From an uncultured Gemmatimonadales bacterium (GTDB lineage Bacteria > Gemmatimonadota > Gemmatimonadetes > Longimicrobiales > Gaopeijiaceae), in assembly GCA_963823035.1 (NCBI GenBank), contig CAWGKG010000018.1:224001-288000 (forward strand): a stretch of DNA of 64,000 nt, given 5' to 3'. Shown here in pieces: positions 1-9,457 of the stretch. The notes beneath the pieces are model-generated. The model made no database searches. It was not told the origin of the DNA and was given only the letters and a program-made list of their open reading frames with translations. The first letter of the stretch is position 1, and each line of letters opens with the position of its first letter. The translations under genes were made by a program, and so were the position numbers.

Positions 1-111
1 TTCTTCTCGTCGCTCATGGTCGACCCTTCTTCGTGTTCGTTCTTCGGTGAGATCGCGTCCGGCTGTGGCCGTCCGCCGCGTCCACCCCTACGGCGCGCCG
101 CGCCCAGGGGT

Positions 112-1392
112 TCAGTCCTCCGTACGCTCCACGTCGGCCCCCAGGGCCCGCAGGCGCTCGTCGATGCGCTCGTAGCCGCGCTCGATCTGCTTGATGTTCT
201 TGATGCGGCTCTTGCCGTGTGCGCCCAGGGCCGCGATCAGGAGCGCCATCCCGGCCCGGATGTCCGGGCTTTCGACCACGCCCCCCGTCAGCGGCGACGG
301 ACCCACCACGACGGCCCGGTGGGGGTCGCACAGGATGATGGACGCGCCCATGCCGACGAGCTTGTCGGTGAAGAACATGCGGGACTCGAACATCTTCTCG
401 TGCACGAGGACGGTGCCACGGCACTGCGTGGCCGTCACCAGCGCGATCGACGTGAGGTCCGCCGGGAAGGCGGGCCACGGCCCGTCGTCGACCTTCGGGA
501 CGTGTCCGAACGCCTCCTGTCGGATCACGTGCTCGGCGCTCCCGTTCACGTGGAGGTCGTCGCCCACCGGGGTGCACGCCACGCCGAGGCGCCGGAATCC
601 GATCAGCGTGGAGTCCAGATGCGCGACGGGCGCGTCCTCGATCACGAGGTCGCTCCCGGTCACGGCGGCCAGGCCGATGAAGGAGCCGGTCTCGATGTGG
701 TCCGCCCCGAGCCGGAAGCGCGCACCCTTCAGCTCGGATACGCCCTCGATCTCGAGGATGTGGGTACCGACACCCTCGATGTGCGCGCCCATCGCCCGCA
801 GGAGGCCGCACAGATCCTGCACGTGTGGCTCCGCCGCGGCATTCCGGATCCGCGTCCGCCCCTCGGCGCGCACCGCCGCCATGATCGCATTCTCCGTCCC
901 GGTCACGGACGGCTCGTCGAGGAAGAAGTCCCCGCCCTTCAGCTTCGCCGCACGGATCGAGAAACCGCCGTTGAGCGTCACCTCCGCACCCAGCGCCTCG
1001 AACGCGAGGAAGTGCGTGTCCATCCGACGCCGGCCGATCACGTCACCGCCGGGAGGCGGGAGCGCGACGTGGCCGAATCGCGCAAGGAGCGGCCCGGCCA
1101 GGAGGAGCGAGGCGCGGATGCGCTCGGCGAGCGCGCGGTCGATGGTGTCCACCTCGACGCCGCGCGGGTCGACCGTGACCGTGTTGTCACCTTCCCACGT
1201 CACGCCCGCACCGAGCGAGGCGACGATCTCCAGGAAGGTCTCGACGTCGCGGATGCGCGGGACGTTCTCGAGGGTGACCGGCTCCCCGGCCAGCACCGTG
1301 GCGGCCAGGCAGGGGAGCGCGGCGTTCTTGTTGCCTGCCGGGCGAACGCGGCCGGACAGCCGCTTTCCGCCTTCGACCAGGAACGTCGCCAT
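112..1392 (-). CDS. murA: UDP-N-acetylglucosamine 1-carboxyvinyltransferase (Cys->Asp active-site variant)
   Basis: GNKNAALP, RASLLLAGPLLAR, PGGDVIGRR, PWPAFPADL, HEKMFESR, SPDIRAG, IERGYE motifs; start trimmed to MATFLVEGG. Confidence 0.96.
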   Translation of the reverse strand: MATFLVEGGKRLSGRVRPAGNKNAALPCLAATVLAGEPVTLENVPRIRDVETFLEIVASLGAGVTWEGDNTVTVDPRGVEVDTIDRALAERIRASLLLAGPLLARFGHVALPPPGGDVIGRRRMDTHFLAFEALGAEVTLNGGFSIRAAKLKGGDFFLDEPSVTGTENAIMAAVRAEGRTRIRNAAAEPHVQDLCGLLRAMGAHIEGVGTHILEIEGVSELKGARFRLGADHIETGSFIGLAAVTGSDLVIEDAPVAHLDSTLIGFRRLGVACTPVGDDLHVNGSAEHVIRQEAFGHVPKVDDGPWPAFPADLTSIALVTATQCRGTVLVHEKMFESRMFFTDKLVGMGASIILCDPHRAVVVGPSPLTGGVVESPDIRAGMALLIAALGAHGKSRIKNIKQIERGYERIDERLRALGADVERTED

Positions 1393-1539
1393 GGGAGCCT
1401 TGTCGGCGGGGAGGTCCCGAGGTGCGGCCGGAGAGGGGAGTGTCGCCGTCCCGCCACCGGCCAGGGGCCCCCGAAGATATTCCGATCCCGCCGTGCGGAG
1501 CAACCGATCCATCGCGTCCCTGCCCCTGTCCGTCGCGTC

Positions 1540-1568
1540 TTGACCCCCTTCCTGGGCGGATCTACAAT
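1540..1568 (+). promoter_or_regulatory. sigma70-type promoter TTGACC-17-TACAAT
   Basis: Near-consensus -35/-10 with 17-nt spacer, 36 nt upstream of the PTS IIA gene. Confidence 0.7.
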
Positions 1569-1604
1569 CGCGGCAGTTGCTCCCCACCACCCCGGCCCCA
1601 CCTC

Positions 1605-2069
1605 ATGCGCCTCAGCGAGTTCCTTCGGGACGACTTCATCCTCCTCCGCCTGGAGGCCCGGGACGTGGAGGGCGTGGTGCACGAGATGTCCGCCCAGGCG
1701 GACGAGGCCGGCGTCGGCGAGGGGAGCGTGATCGAGGAGAAGCTCCTCGAGCGCGAGCGACTGCATCCCACGGTCATGGGCTCGGGGCTCGCCATTCCGC
1801 ACGCGACCGTTCCCGGCCTGAGTGCGCCCGTGGTGGGCGTGGCCCTCGCCGGCGGAGACCCGATCCCCTTCGGCGGTAGCGAGCAGGAGCCGGTCCGGGT
1901 GTTCTTCGTGCTCCTTTCCCCTCCGGGTCTCGAGCGCGAGCACGTGAAGCTCCTCGCGAGGATCTGTCGGCTCGTGCGCCACGAGGGGTTCATGGACAGC
2001 CTGGAAGCGGCACCCGACGCGCGGAAGGTCATCGAGATCATCCAGACGATCGACGCACAGCACGTATGA
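1605..2069 (+). CDS. PTS EIIA(Ntr/Fru-type) domain protein
   Basis: ERERLHPTVMGSGLAIPHA motif with the phosphorylatable His; EHVKLLARI. Confidence 0.9.
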   Translation: MRLSEFLRDDFILLRLEARDVEGVVHEMSAQADEAGVGEGSVIEEKLLERERLHPTVMGSGLAIPHATVPGLSAPVVGVALAGGDPIPFGGSEQEPVRVFFVLLSPPGLEREHVKLLARICRLVRHEGFMDSLEAAPDARKVIEIIQTIDAQHV

Positions 2070-2437
2070 CGAGGTCGCCGACGCGGCTTCTCGTGGCGGT
2101 GATCAACGACCCCGAGAAGCTGGACGAGATCCTCTCGGGGTTCCTGGAGCTGGGCGTGACCGGCGCGACGATCATCAACAGCGAGGGGATGGGGCGTCTC
2201 CTCTCGCACGACATCCCGATCTTCGCGGGGCTGCAGACGCTCATCTCCGGGTCGCGCCCCCAGAACCGCACGATCTTCAGCGTCGTCCCGGAGGACCTCG
2301 TGGACGCGTCGCTCGACCTTTTGCAGGAGGTCTGCGGGAACCTCGCCTCCCCCGCCACCGGGATCGTGTTCGTCCTGCCCGTGGAGCGGGTGGTCGGGCT
2401 GGCCCCGGAGCTGGGGGACGCGGACAGTCCGATCTAG
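2066..2437 (+). CDS. PII-like (GlnB-fold) protein
   Basis: GVTGATIINSEGMG and TGIVFVLPV motifs; 123 aa; ATGA overlap with the EIIA gene. Confidence 0.8.
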   Translation: MTRSPTRLLVAVINDPEKLDEILSGFLELGVTGATIINSEGMGRLLSHDIPIFAGLQTLISGSRPQNRTIFSVVPEDLVDASLDLLQEVCGNLASPATGIVFVLPVERVVGLAPELGDADSPI

Positions 2438-2452
2438 CTCGGCGAGCCGCGC

Positions 2453-3766
2453 ATGGACCCTCTCGTCGGCACGCTCGTCCTCATCTTCCTGGCGCTGCTC
2501 GGCGCTCGTTTCTCCTTCTCCACCGAGCGCGTGCCACAGGGGCCCCGCCTCCTCTTCCGTACCGGGACGCACTTCCTGCTCCTCGGCTTCCTGCTCGGGC
2601 CCTCGGGCCTCGGGCTGCTGTCGGCGCGAGCGACCGCCGAGCTGTCCCCCTTCCTCGCGCTGGGGATGGGGTGGGTGGGGTTCCACTTCGGCCTGCAGCT
2701 CGAGCGCGCCAGCCTGACGCGCTTCCCGCCCGCCTACCACGTGTTCGCGTACGGCCAGGCGCTCGTGACCTTCGGCGTCTTCCTCGGGGGCGCGTACCTC
2801 GCGCTGTCCCTCGTCGCACCGCCCGAGACCTTCTCCCCCCTCCTGCTGCTCGGCGCCGCGGCCACCGCGTGCGTGACGACGCCCGCCGGCATCGCGGTGG
2901 TGTCGTCGAACTTCCTCGTGCGCGGCAACGTCCGCGACCTGCTCCTCTTCACGGGATCGCTGGACGCGGCCGTCGGCGTCTTCGCCCTCCAGGTGACCTA
3001 CGCGCTCTTCCGTCCGGAGCTGCCCGAGGTCCTGGGTGGGCCGGGGCAGCTCGCGCTGGTCGGGGCCGCCGCCGGGCTCGGCGTGGTGATGGCGATCGTG
3101 TTCCTGTGGCTGGTGCGCCGCCGGCCGGCCGGCGAGGAGCTCGTGCTGTTCGTGCTCGGGATCTGCGCCTTCGCCGCGGGCGCCGCGCTCCAGTGGGGCC
3201 TGTCCCCCCTCTTCGTCTCGGTGACGATGGGCGCCGTGGTGGCCAACTTCGGCCGCGACCGCCAGCGCGTGTTCTCGCTCCTGCAGAAGTGGGAGAAGCC
3301 CGTCTACCTCACCTTCCTCCTGCTGGCCGGGGCGCTCCTGCGCACGCCCACGGTCACCGTGGTGCTCCTCGCCGTGGGCTACGCGCTCCTGCGCGCGCTC
3401 TCCAAGGGGGTGGCCGGCGCGGTCGTGTCCACCCTCCCCGTCGGCTTCCCGGTGCCCCGACGCTTCGGGCTCGGGCTCGTCCCACAGGGGGGGATCTCCC
3501 TCGCGATGGCCGTGTCCGGCGTGCTCATGTACCCGCAACTCCAGTTCGGGGGCAACGCCGCGGAGGCCGCGCTGTTCACGGTGATCGTCATCGGGGTGAC
3601 GATCTCCGAGTTGGTCGGCCCCCTCCTCACGGTGCAGCTTCTGCGCAGGGCGGGTGAGATCTCCCCCCAGGTCGAGAAGGCGCTGGCCGAGGGCGACGAG
3701 CGGCGCGCCGAGCGCGAGGCGATCCGGCGCAGCACCCCTCCGACCCGCACGCGCGAGGATCCATGA
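2453..3766 (+). CDS. Cation:proton antiporter (CPA2-like) membrane protein
   Basis: About 12 hydrophobic helices; GLGLVPQGGISLA and ELVGPLL motifs typical of Na+/H+ exchanger family. Confidence 0.75.
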   Translation: MDPLVGTLVLIFLALLGARFSFSTERVPQGPRLLFRTGTHFLLLGFLLGPSGLGLLSARATAELSPFLALGMGWVGFHFGLQLERASLTRFPPAYHVFAYGQALVTFGVFLGGAYLALSLVAPPETFSPLLLLGAAATACVTTPAGIAVVSSNFLVRGNVRDLLLFTGSLDAAVGVFALQVTYALFRPELPEVLGGPGQLALVGAAAGLGVVMAIVFLWLVRRRPAGEELVLFVLGICAFAAGAALQWGLSPLFVSVTMGAVVANFGRDRQRVFSLLQKWEKPVYLTFLLLAGALLRTPTVTVVLLAVGYALLRALSKGVAGAVVSTLPVGFPVPRRFGLGLVPQGGISLAMAVSGVLMYPQLQFGGNAAEAALFTVIVIGVTISELVGPLLTVQLLRRAGEISPQVEKALAEGDERRAEREAIRRSTPPTRTREDP

Positions 3767-3842
3767 GTCCGGAGCCAGGCCGCGGCCGTGGAGCGGCGAC
3801 GACGGCTTTTCACGGCGTGCCGCCCTCGGTTACACTTCGGCC

Positions 3843-4439
3843 ATGATCCTCCACACGCTGGACGTCCTGCAGGCTGCGGTCCCCGACACGGTGGTCGCCC
3901 TGCAGGTACGCGGGCCGATCGCGGTCGCGACGGACGTCGCGATCCTCGTGGGCGCGCTCGCGATCGCGCTCCTGGCGGCGCTGCTCATGCGGGCCCTCCT
4001 GCGGATGCGGAAGATCGTGGACGAGGTGCGGACCGTGGTGCAACAGAACCTGGGACCCGTCTCCGATCGAGCGCGCGGGATCTCCGACAACGTGGAGTTC
4101 ATCACCGGCGCGCTGCGCACCGACGTGGAGCGGCTCACCGACTCGGTGAAGGCGCTCACCGACCGGCTGCACCAGGCGTCGGACCGCATGGAGGAGCGCA
4201 TCGAGGAGTTCAACGCGCTCATGGAGGTCGTCCAGTCGGAGGCCGAGGACATCTTCATCGACACCGCCGCGACGGTGCGCGGCGTGCGCCAGGGTGTGCG
4301 GGAGGGCACGCGCGCCATCGGACGGCCCCCGCGGAGCGACGCGACCGGAAGAGGCGACGGGCACGGCGAGGGCCCGAAGACGGAAGACGACGTGGAGGCC
4401 GCCGCCGAGCCTACCGTCCCCGGGACGCCTCGGCCCTAG
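3843..4439 (+). CDS. DUF948-like membrane-anchored coiled-coil protein
   Basis: One N-terminal TM segment followed by an amphipathic helical region. Confidence 0.6.
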   Translation: MILHTLDVLQAAVPDTVVALQVRGPIAVATDVAILVGALAIALLAALLMRALLRMRKIVDEVRTVVQQNLGPVSDRARGISDNVEFITGALRTDVERLTDSVKALTDRLHQASDRMEERIEEFNALMEVVQSEAEDIFIDTAATVRGVRQGVREGTRAIGRPPRSDATGRGDGHGEGPKTEDDVEAAAEPTVPGTPRP

Positions 4440-4450
4440 CCGACGTGGCC

Positions 4451-5404
4451 ATGGTCCTCGGCGCGCTCCTCGTGGCGGCAGGGTGGCTCCTCCTGGTGCC
4501 GGAGCCCGCCCTGGCGTGGGGTCCCGCCACGCACATCGCGTTGGGCGAGGCGCTCCTCGGGGCGCTCTACCTGGTGCCTCCCGCGGTGCGGGCGATTCTC
4601 GAGACGCACCCCCTGCACTTCCTGTACGGCTCCATCGCCGCGGACATCTCCCTCGCGAAGAAGTACGTGCCCGAAGGGCGACACTGCCACAACTGGGCGG
4701 TCGGAGAGGAGATCCTCGCAGCCGCCGACACCGAGGCGTTGGCCGCGGTGGGATACGGCTACCTCGCGCATCTCGCGGCCGACACGGTCGCGCACAACGT
4801 CTTCGTCCCCAGGCAGCTCCTCCTCACCAGCACCACGCAGGCGCTCGGGCACACGTACTGGGAGCACCGCATGGACATGCACGTCGGCGAGGAGTTCCTC
4901 GGCAAGGCGCGCCGCCTGGTCATGGAGAACGACCATTCGGAGGCCGACGCGCTCTTCGACGACGTGCTCAGCCGGACGATCTTCAGCTTCCGCACCAACC
5001 GCCGGATCTTCCGCGGCATGATCCGCTTCCAGGGCCACGACCGCTGGCAGCGGATCTTCGAGCGCGTGCTGGCCAGCTCCCGCTTCGACCTCCCGGACAC
5101 GACCGTGGACGGGTACTTCGCCTTCGCGTTCGAGCACGTGGTCGCCTATCTGACGGAGCGCGGGGACTCCTTCGCCGGCACGCTCGACCCCGTGGGCGAG
5201 CTCAACCTCCGGCTGGCCAAGAAGGTGCGCCGCCTCACGCTCGCCGACCGCACGGCGGACCACCCGGAGGTCCTTGTCGAGATGGCCGAGGAGTTCTTCC
5301 CGATGCCCTCCGAGCCCCTCCGCTTCTGGCCCCGGCTGGAGGACACGAGCTTCGCGGGGGGAATCACCGCGCGGAAGCAGTCACGGAAGTCGCTGCCCGG
5401 CTGA
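4451..5404 (+). CDS. Zinc-dependent phospholipase C family protein
   Basis: Signal peptide ALA|WGPATH, GSIAAD, GYLAHLAADTVAH, HTYWE Zn-ligand motifs. Confidence 0.85.
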   Translation: MVLGALLVAAGWLLLVPEPALAWGPATHIALGEALLGALYLVPPAVRAILETHPLHFLYGSIAADISLAKKYVPEGRHCHNWAVGEEILAAADTEALAAVGYGYLAHLAADTVAHNVFVPRQLLLTSTTQALGHTYWEHRMDMHVGEEFLGKARRLVMENDHSEADALFDDVLSRTIFSFRTNRRIFRGMIRFQGHDRWQRIFERVLASSRFDLPDTTVDGYFAFAFEHVVAYLTERGDSFAGTLDPVGELNLRLAKKVRRLTLADRTADHPEVLVEMAEEFFPMPSEPLRFWPRLEDTSFAGGITARKQSRKSLPG

Positions 5405-5420
5405 AAGGGCCGCTCGACGC

Positions 5421-7124
5421 TCAGGCGTCTCCTGCCGAGGAGTCACCGCCGTCCTCGTCCACCAAGGCCCAGGCGCGCACCGACGCTTCGCGCAACGAGC
5501 CGAGGACGTTGTCCTCGCCGAAGCGGTCGAGGGCGCCCGACTTCACGAGCACCATCATCGGCTGCGCGCGCACCCCCGACAGGAGGAGGTGGGTACCCTG
5601 GCGCGCGAAGCGGTGGTGCACCTCCTCCAGCGCTCGCAGGCCGGTGGCGTCCATCGCGAACACGTCCCTCATGCGCAGGATGACCACGCGGGGCTGGCGC
5701 TGGATCTCCTCCAGGGCCTCGCTGAAGCGCTGGGCCGCGCCGAAGAAGAACGACCCGGCGATCTCGAACACCTCGGTGCCGGGCGGCAGCACCACGTCGG
5801 GGTTCTCGGCCTCGAACCCCTGCCGCTCCCCCTGCCCGAGCTCTCCAGTGACGGCCCGCACCTCGCTGACCTCCGCCATCCGCCTCATGAAGAGGAGCGC
5901 GGCCATCACCACGCCTACCTGGATGGCCACGGTCAGGTCCACCAGGACCGTCAGGGCGAAGGTGCTGAGCAGGACCATGACGTCGCTGCGCGGGCCCCGG
6001 AGCAGCCCGATGAAGAGGCGCCACTCGCTCATGTTGTAGGCGACCACCAGAAGGATGCCGGCGAGCGTGGCCATGGGGATGACCGCCACCCACCGACCCA
6101 GGAGGACGAGGACGAGCAGGAGGGTCGCCGCGTGCACCATGCCCGCCACGGGCGTACGCCCGCCGTTCTTCACGTTGGTGGCGGTGCGGGCGATCGCGCC
6201 GGTGGCCGGGATTCCCCCGAAGAGCGGCGTGATGAGGTTCGCCACGCCCTGTGCCACCAGCTCCGCGTTCGGTCGGTGCCTACGGCCGGTCATGCCGTCG
6301 GCGACCACCGCGCTGAGCAGCGACTCGATGCCCGCGAGGAGCGCGATCGACAGCGCCGGCGAGAAAAGGTGCGGGAGCTGCGCCAGGTCCACGTGGGGGA
6401 GCCGGGGAACGGGAAGCGACGTCGGGACGGATCCGAAGCGGGAGCCGATCGTCTCCACGGGGAGGTGCAGCGCCCCCGCGAGCAGCGACGTCGCGAGCAG
6501 CGCCACCAGCGGGCCGGGGATCCGCGAGCCGATCCGGGGCCAGACGACCACCACCGCGACGGTGGCCGCGCACAGGAGGACGGCCCACGCGTTCCACGTG
6601 CCGAGCGACTCGGCGTACACCGCCATGCGCTCCACGAAGTTCGTCGGCGTGCGCGCGAGGGTGAGGCCGGCGCCGTCGGCGACCTGGCCGATGCCGATGA
6701 TCAGCGCGATGCCGGTGGTGAAGCCCACCGTGACCGGGTAGGGGATGAAGCGGATGACCGCGCCGAGCCGGGCGATCCCCATGGCGACCAGGAGCGCGCC
6801 CGCGAGCAGCGTGGCCACTGCCAGCCCGTCGTAGCCGAACTCCTGGACCACACCGAACACGAGCACGACGAACGCGCCGGTCGGGCCGCCGATCTGGACG
6901 CGGCTGCCGCTGAGCGCGGAGATGAGGAAGCCGGCCACGATCGCCGTGTACAGACCCTGCTCCGGACGCACGCCGGAGGCGATCGCGAAGGCGATCGCGA
7001 GCGGAATGGCGACGATGCCGACCACGACGCCGGCGAGCGCGTCGTGCAGGAAGTCCCGGCGATGATAGCCCTCGCGCAGGACGGTGAGGAGCTTGGGCTC
7101 GAGCTCGGAGGCCCGGAGGGTCAT
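5421..7124 (-). CDS. sulP: SulP-family anion permease with STAS domain
   Basis: DALAG, GLYTAIVAG, QIGGPTGAF, ESLLSAVVAD, ELVAQG, C-terminal STAS (FFGAA, MDATG). Confidence 0.95.
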   Translation of the reverse strand: MTLRASELEPKLLTVLREGYHRRDFLHDALAGVVVGIVAIPLAIAFAIASGVRPEQGLYTAIVAGFLISALSGSRVQIGGPTGAFVVLVFGVVQEFGYDGLAVATLLAGALLVAMGIARLGAVIRFIPYPVTVGFTTGIALIIGIGQVADGAGLTLARTPTNFVERMAVYAESLGTWNAWAVLLCAATVAVVVVWPRIGSRIPGPLVALLATSLLAGALHLPVETIGSRFGSVPTSLPVPRLPHVDLAQLPHLFSPALSIALLAGIESLLSAVVADGMTGRRHRPNAELVAQGVANLITPLFGGIPATGAIARTATNVKNGGRTPVAGMVHAATLLLVLVLLGRWVAVIPMATLAGILLVVAYNMSEWRLFIGLLRGPRSDVMVLLSTFALTVLVDLTVAIQVGVVMAALLFMRRMAEVSEVRAVTGELGQGERQGFEAENPDVVLPPGTEVFEIAGSFFFGAAQRFSEALEEIQRQPRVVILRMRDVFAMDATGLRALEEVHHRFARQGTHLLLSGVRAQPMMVLVKSGALDRFGEDNVLGSLREASVRAWALVDEDGGDSSAGDA

Positions 7125-7171
7125 GTGCGAGGGGGAAAGGGGTCAGCGCGGAATAGACGACGCCGCGATGC

Positions 7172-9457
7172 CTATGGCCAGTCCTTCTCCAGGTTGGCAT
7201 ACCGCACGAGCAGCTTCTTCCTACCGACGTCGTCGAAGTCCACGGTGACCTTGAGGTCGCGGCCGAACCCCGTGACCTCCACGACCGCGCCCGAGCCGAA
7301 CGTCTCGTGCACCACGCGCTCGCCCTTCACGTAGCGCGGCACGTCCTGGTTCACCCCGACGTCGGCGTCGAGGTCCGGCTCGTAGTACACCCCGGTTTCC
7401 TCCCGCGCCGCGCTGCGACCGCCGCGATGCGGCGTGGAGGAGGCCGCGATGCGGAGCCGATCGCTCATCCGCTCCTCGCGCAGCTCGGTGGGGAGCGCGT
7501 CGAGGAAGGAGGAGAGCGTTCCGTAGGTGAAATCCCCCGCCCTGCGCCGCTGACGCGCCCAGGTGAGGTTCAGCTTCTCCTCCGCACGCGTGATCCCGAC
7601 GTAGAAGAGCCGTCGCTCCTCCTCGAGCGTATCCGGATCGTCGTAGGCGCGGCTGAGCGGGAAGAGGCCATCCTCCATCCCGGCGATGTACACCACCGGG
7701 AACTCGAGACCCTTGGCGTTGTGCAGCGTCATGAGCGTGACGGTGTCGGCGTCGGGGTCGAGGTGGTCGATGTCCGCGACCAGGGCCACCTGCTGCAGGA
7801 AGAGGTCGAGCTCCGTGAAGGTGTCGAGGTCGTCGTCCGCGGCGCCGTCCACCACCTCGACGTCGAAGTCGAGCGCGCCCGCGATCAGCTCCGCCACGTT
7901 GCGCGCGCGGTCCTCCCCCTCCGGTCCCTCGTCCATGAGATGGCGGCCGAGGTCGAGCTCCTCGACCAGCTCCTCGAGCAGCTCGCCGACACGCGCCTGC
8001 GTGGCCCGCAGCGAGTACTTCTGGATGAGCGCGGCGAACGACTGCAGGCCGCGCACGCCGCCCGCCGGCACGTCCGGCGCCTCTTCGGCACGGGCGGCCG
8101 CGTCGAGGAGGGCGAGGCCGGCCACCCCGGCCCATTCGGTCAGTCGCTGCTGCGAGGCCAGCCCGATCCCGCGGCGCGGGTAGTTCACCACCCGGTCGAA
8201 GGCCACCGCGTCGCGGGGGTTGGAGATCAGGCGCAGGTAGGCGAGCACGTCCTGGATCTCCCTGCGCTCGTAGAAGCGCACGCTGCCGACCACCTGGTAG
8301 GCCACACCCTCCCGGCGGAAGGCGTCTTCGAGCGCACGGGCCTGGGCGTTGGTGCGGTAGAGCACCGCGAAGGAGCAGTAACGCAGCGTGGGTTCGTCGC
8401 GGAAGCGGGCCTGGATGTCGCCGACGATCCAGCGCGCCTCGTCACCCTCGTCGAAGGTCTCGACGACCGTGATCGGCTCGCCGGCGGTGCGCTCCGTGCG
8501 CAGGGTCTTCCCCTTCCGGTTCACGTTCTCGGCGATGACCGCGTTGGCGGCGTCGAGGATGCGCTGCGTGGAGCGGTAGTTCCGCTCGAGGCGTACCACG
8601 CGCGCCCCGGCGAAGGTGCTCTCGAAATCCAGGATGTTGCGGATGTCGGCGCCCCGCCATCCGTAGATCGACTGGTCGTCGTCGCCGACCACCATGAGGT
8701 TGGCGTGATCGGCGGCGAGCAGCTCCAGGAAGCGGAACTGCGCGCGGTTCGTGTCCTGGTACTCGTCGACGAGGATGAACGCGAAACGCTCGCGGTAGGA
8801 TTCGAGCAGCGCGGGGTTCTGCTCGAAAAGCTCCACCGGCTTCATGAGCAGGTCGTCGAAGTCGAAGGCGTTCTGGTCGTGCAGCGCTTCCTGGTAGGGC
8901 GCGAACACCCGCGCGACGTTGCGCACGAAGAGGTCGAACGAGCCCTCGGTGTCGCGCACGAACGCCTCCGCGTTCACGAGCTGGTTCTTGGCGTTGCTGA
9001 TCTCGCCGCGCAGCGCCTTCGGACTCCAGCGCTTCGGGTCGAGGCCCACCTGCTCCTCCACGCGCTTCACGAGGCGGAGCGACTGCTCCGCGTCGAAGAT
9101 CGAGAAGGTGCGGTCCCAACCGAGGCGGTCGGCGTGGCGCCGCAGGATACGCGCCCCGACGGCGTGGAAGGTGCCGACCCACATCCCGGCCGGCGCCGCG
9201 CCGAGCATGCGGGCGATACGCTCTCGCATCTCGCCGGCGGCCTTGTTCGTGAACGTCACCGCGAGGATGCGGCCGGGCGGGACGCCGTGCTCGCGCACCA
9301 GGTGGCAGATGCGTGACGTGAGCACGCGCGTCTTCCCGGAGCCGGCGCCCGCGAGGACCAGGATCGGTCCCTCGAAGTGCTCCGTGGCCTCGCGCTGTTC
9401 GGGGTTCAGGCCCTCCAGGTGTGCGGTCCCGTCGAAGAGGGAGGGCTTGTCAGGCAT
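7172..9457 (-). CDS. pcrA: ATP-dependent DNA helicase PcrA/UvrD
   Basis: AGAGSGKT, TFTNKAA, VDEYQDTN, VGDDDQSIYGWRGA, NYRST, TLHNAKGLEF, EERRLFYVGITRA, C-terminal Tudor-like domain. Confidence 0.96.
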   Translation of the reverse strand: MPDKPSLFDGTAHLEGLNPEQREATEHFEGPILVLAGAGSGKTRVLTSRICHLVREHGVPPGRILAVTFTNKAAGEMRERIARMLGAAPAGMWVGTFHAVGARILRRHADRLGWDRTFSIFDAEQSLRLVKRVEEQVGLDPKRWSPKALRGEISNAKNQLVNAEAFVRDTEGSFDLFVRNVARVFAPYQEALHDQNAFDFDDLLMKPVELFEQNPALLESYRERFAFILVDEYQDTNRAQFRFLELLAADHANLMVVGDDDQSIYGWRGADIRNILDFESTFAGARVVRLERNYRSTQRILDAANAVIAENVNRKGKTLRTERTAGEPITVVETFDEGDEARWIVGDIQARFRDEPTLRYCSFAVLYRTNAQARALEDAFRREGVAYQVVGSVRFYERREIQDVLAYLRLISNPRDAVAFDRVVNYPRRGIGLASQQRLTEWAGVAGLALLDAAARAEEAPDVPAGGVRGLQSFAALIQKYSLRATQARVGELLEELVEELDLGRHLMDEGPEGEDRARNVAELIAGALDFDVEVVDGAADDDLDTFTELDLFLQQVALVADIDHLDPDADTVTLMTLHNAKGLEFPVVYIAGMEDGLFPLSRAYDDPDTLEEERRLFYVGITRAEEKLNLTWARQRRRAGDFTYGTLSSFLDALPTELREERMSDRLRIAASSTPHRGGRSAAREETGVYYEPDLDADVGVNQDVPRYVKGERVVHETFGSGAVVEVTGFGRDLKVTVDFDDVGRKKLLVRYANLEKDWP

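Noticed and set aside
1..17. Start of a minus-strand gene (MSDEK...) at the window edge
   Set aside because: Too little sequence to support a call
16..1731. Long antisense and alternate-frame ORFs here and throughout (e.g. 7307-9316, 27928-29652, 55798-57831)
   Set aside because: Shadow ORFs expected at this GC content, lying opposite well-supported genes and lacking family motifs
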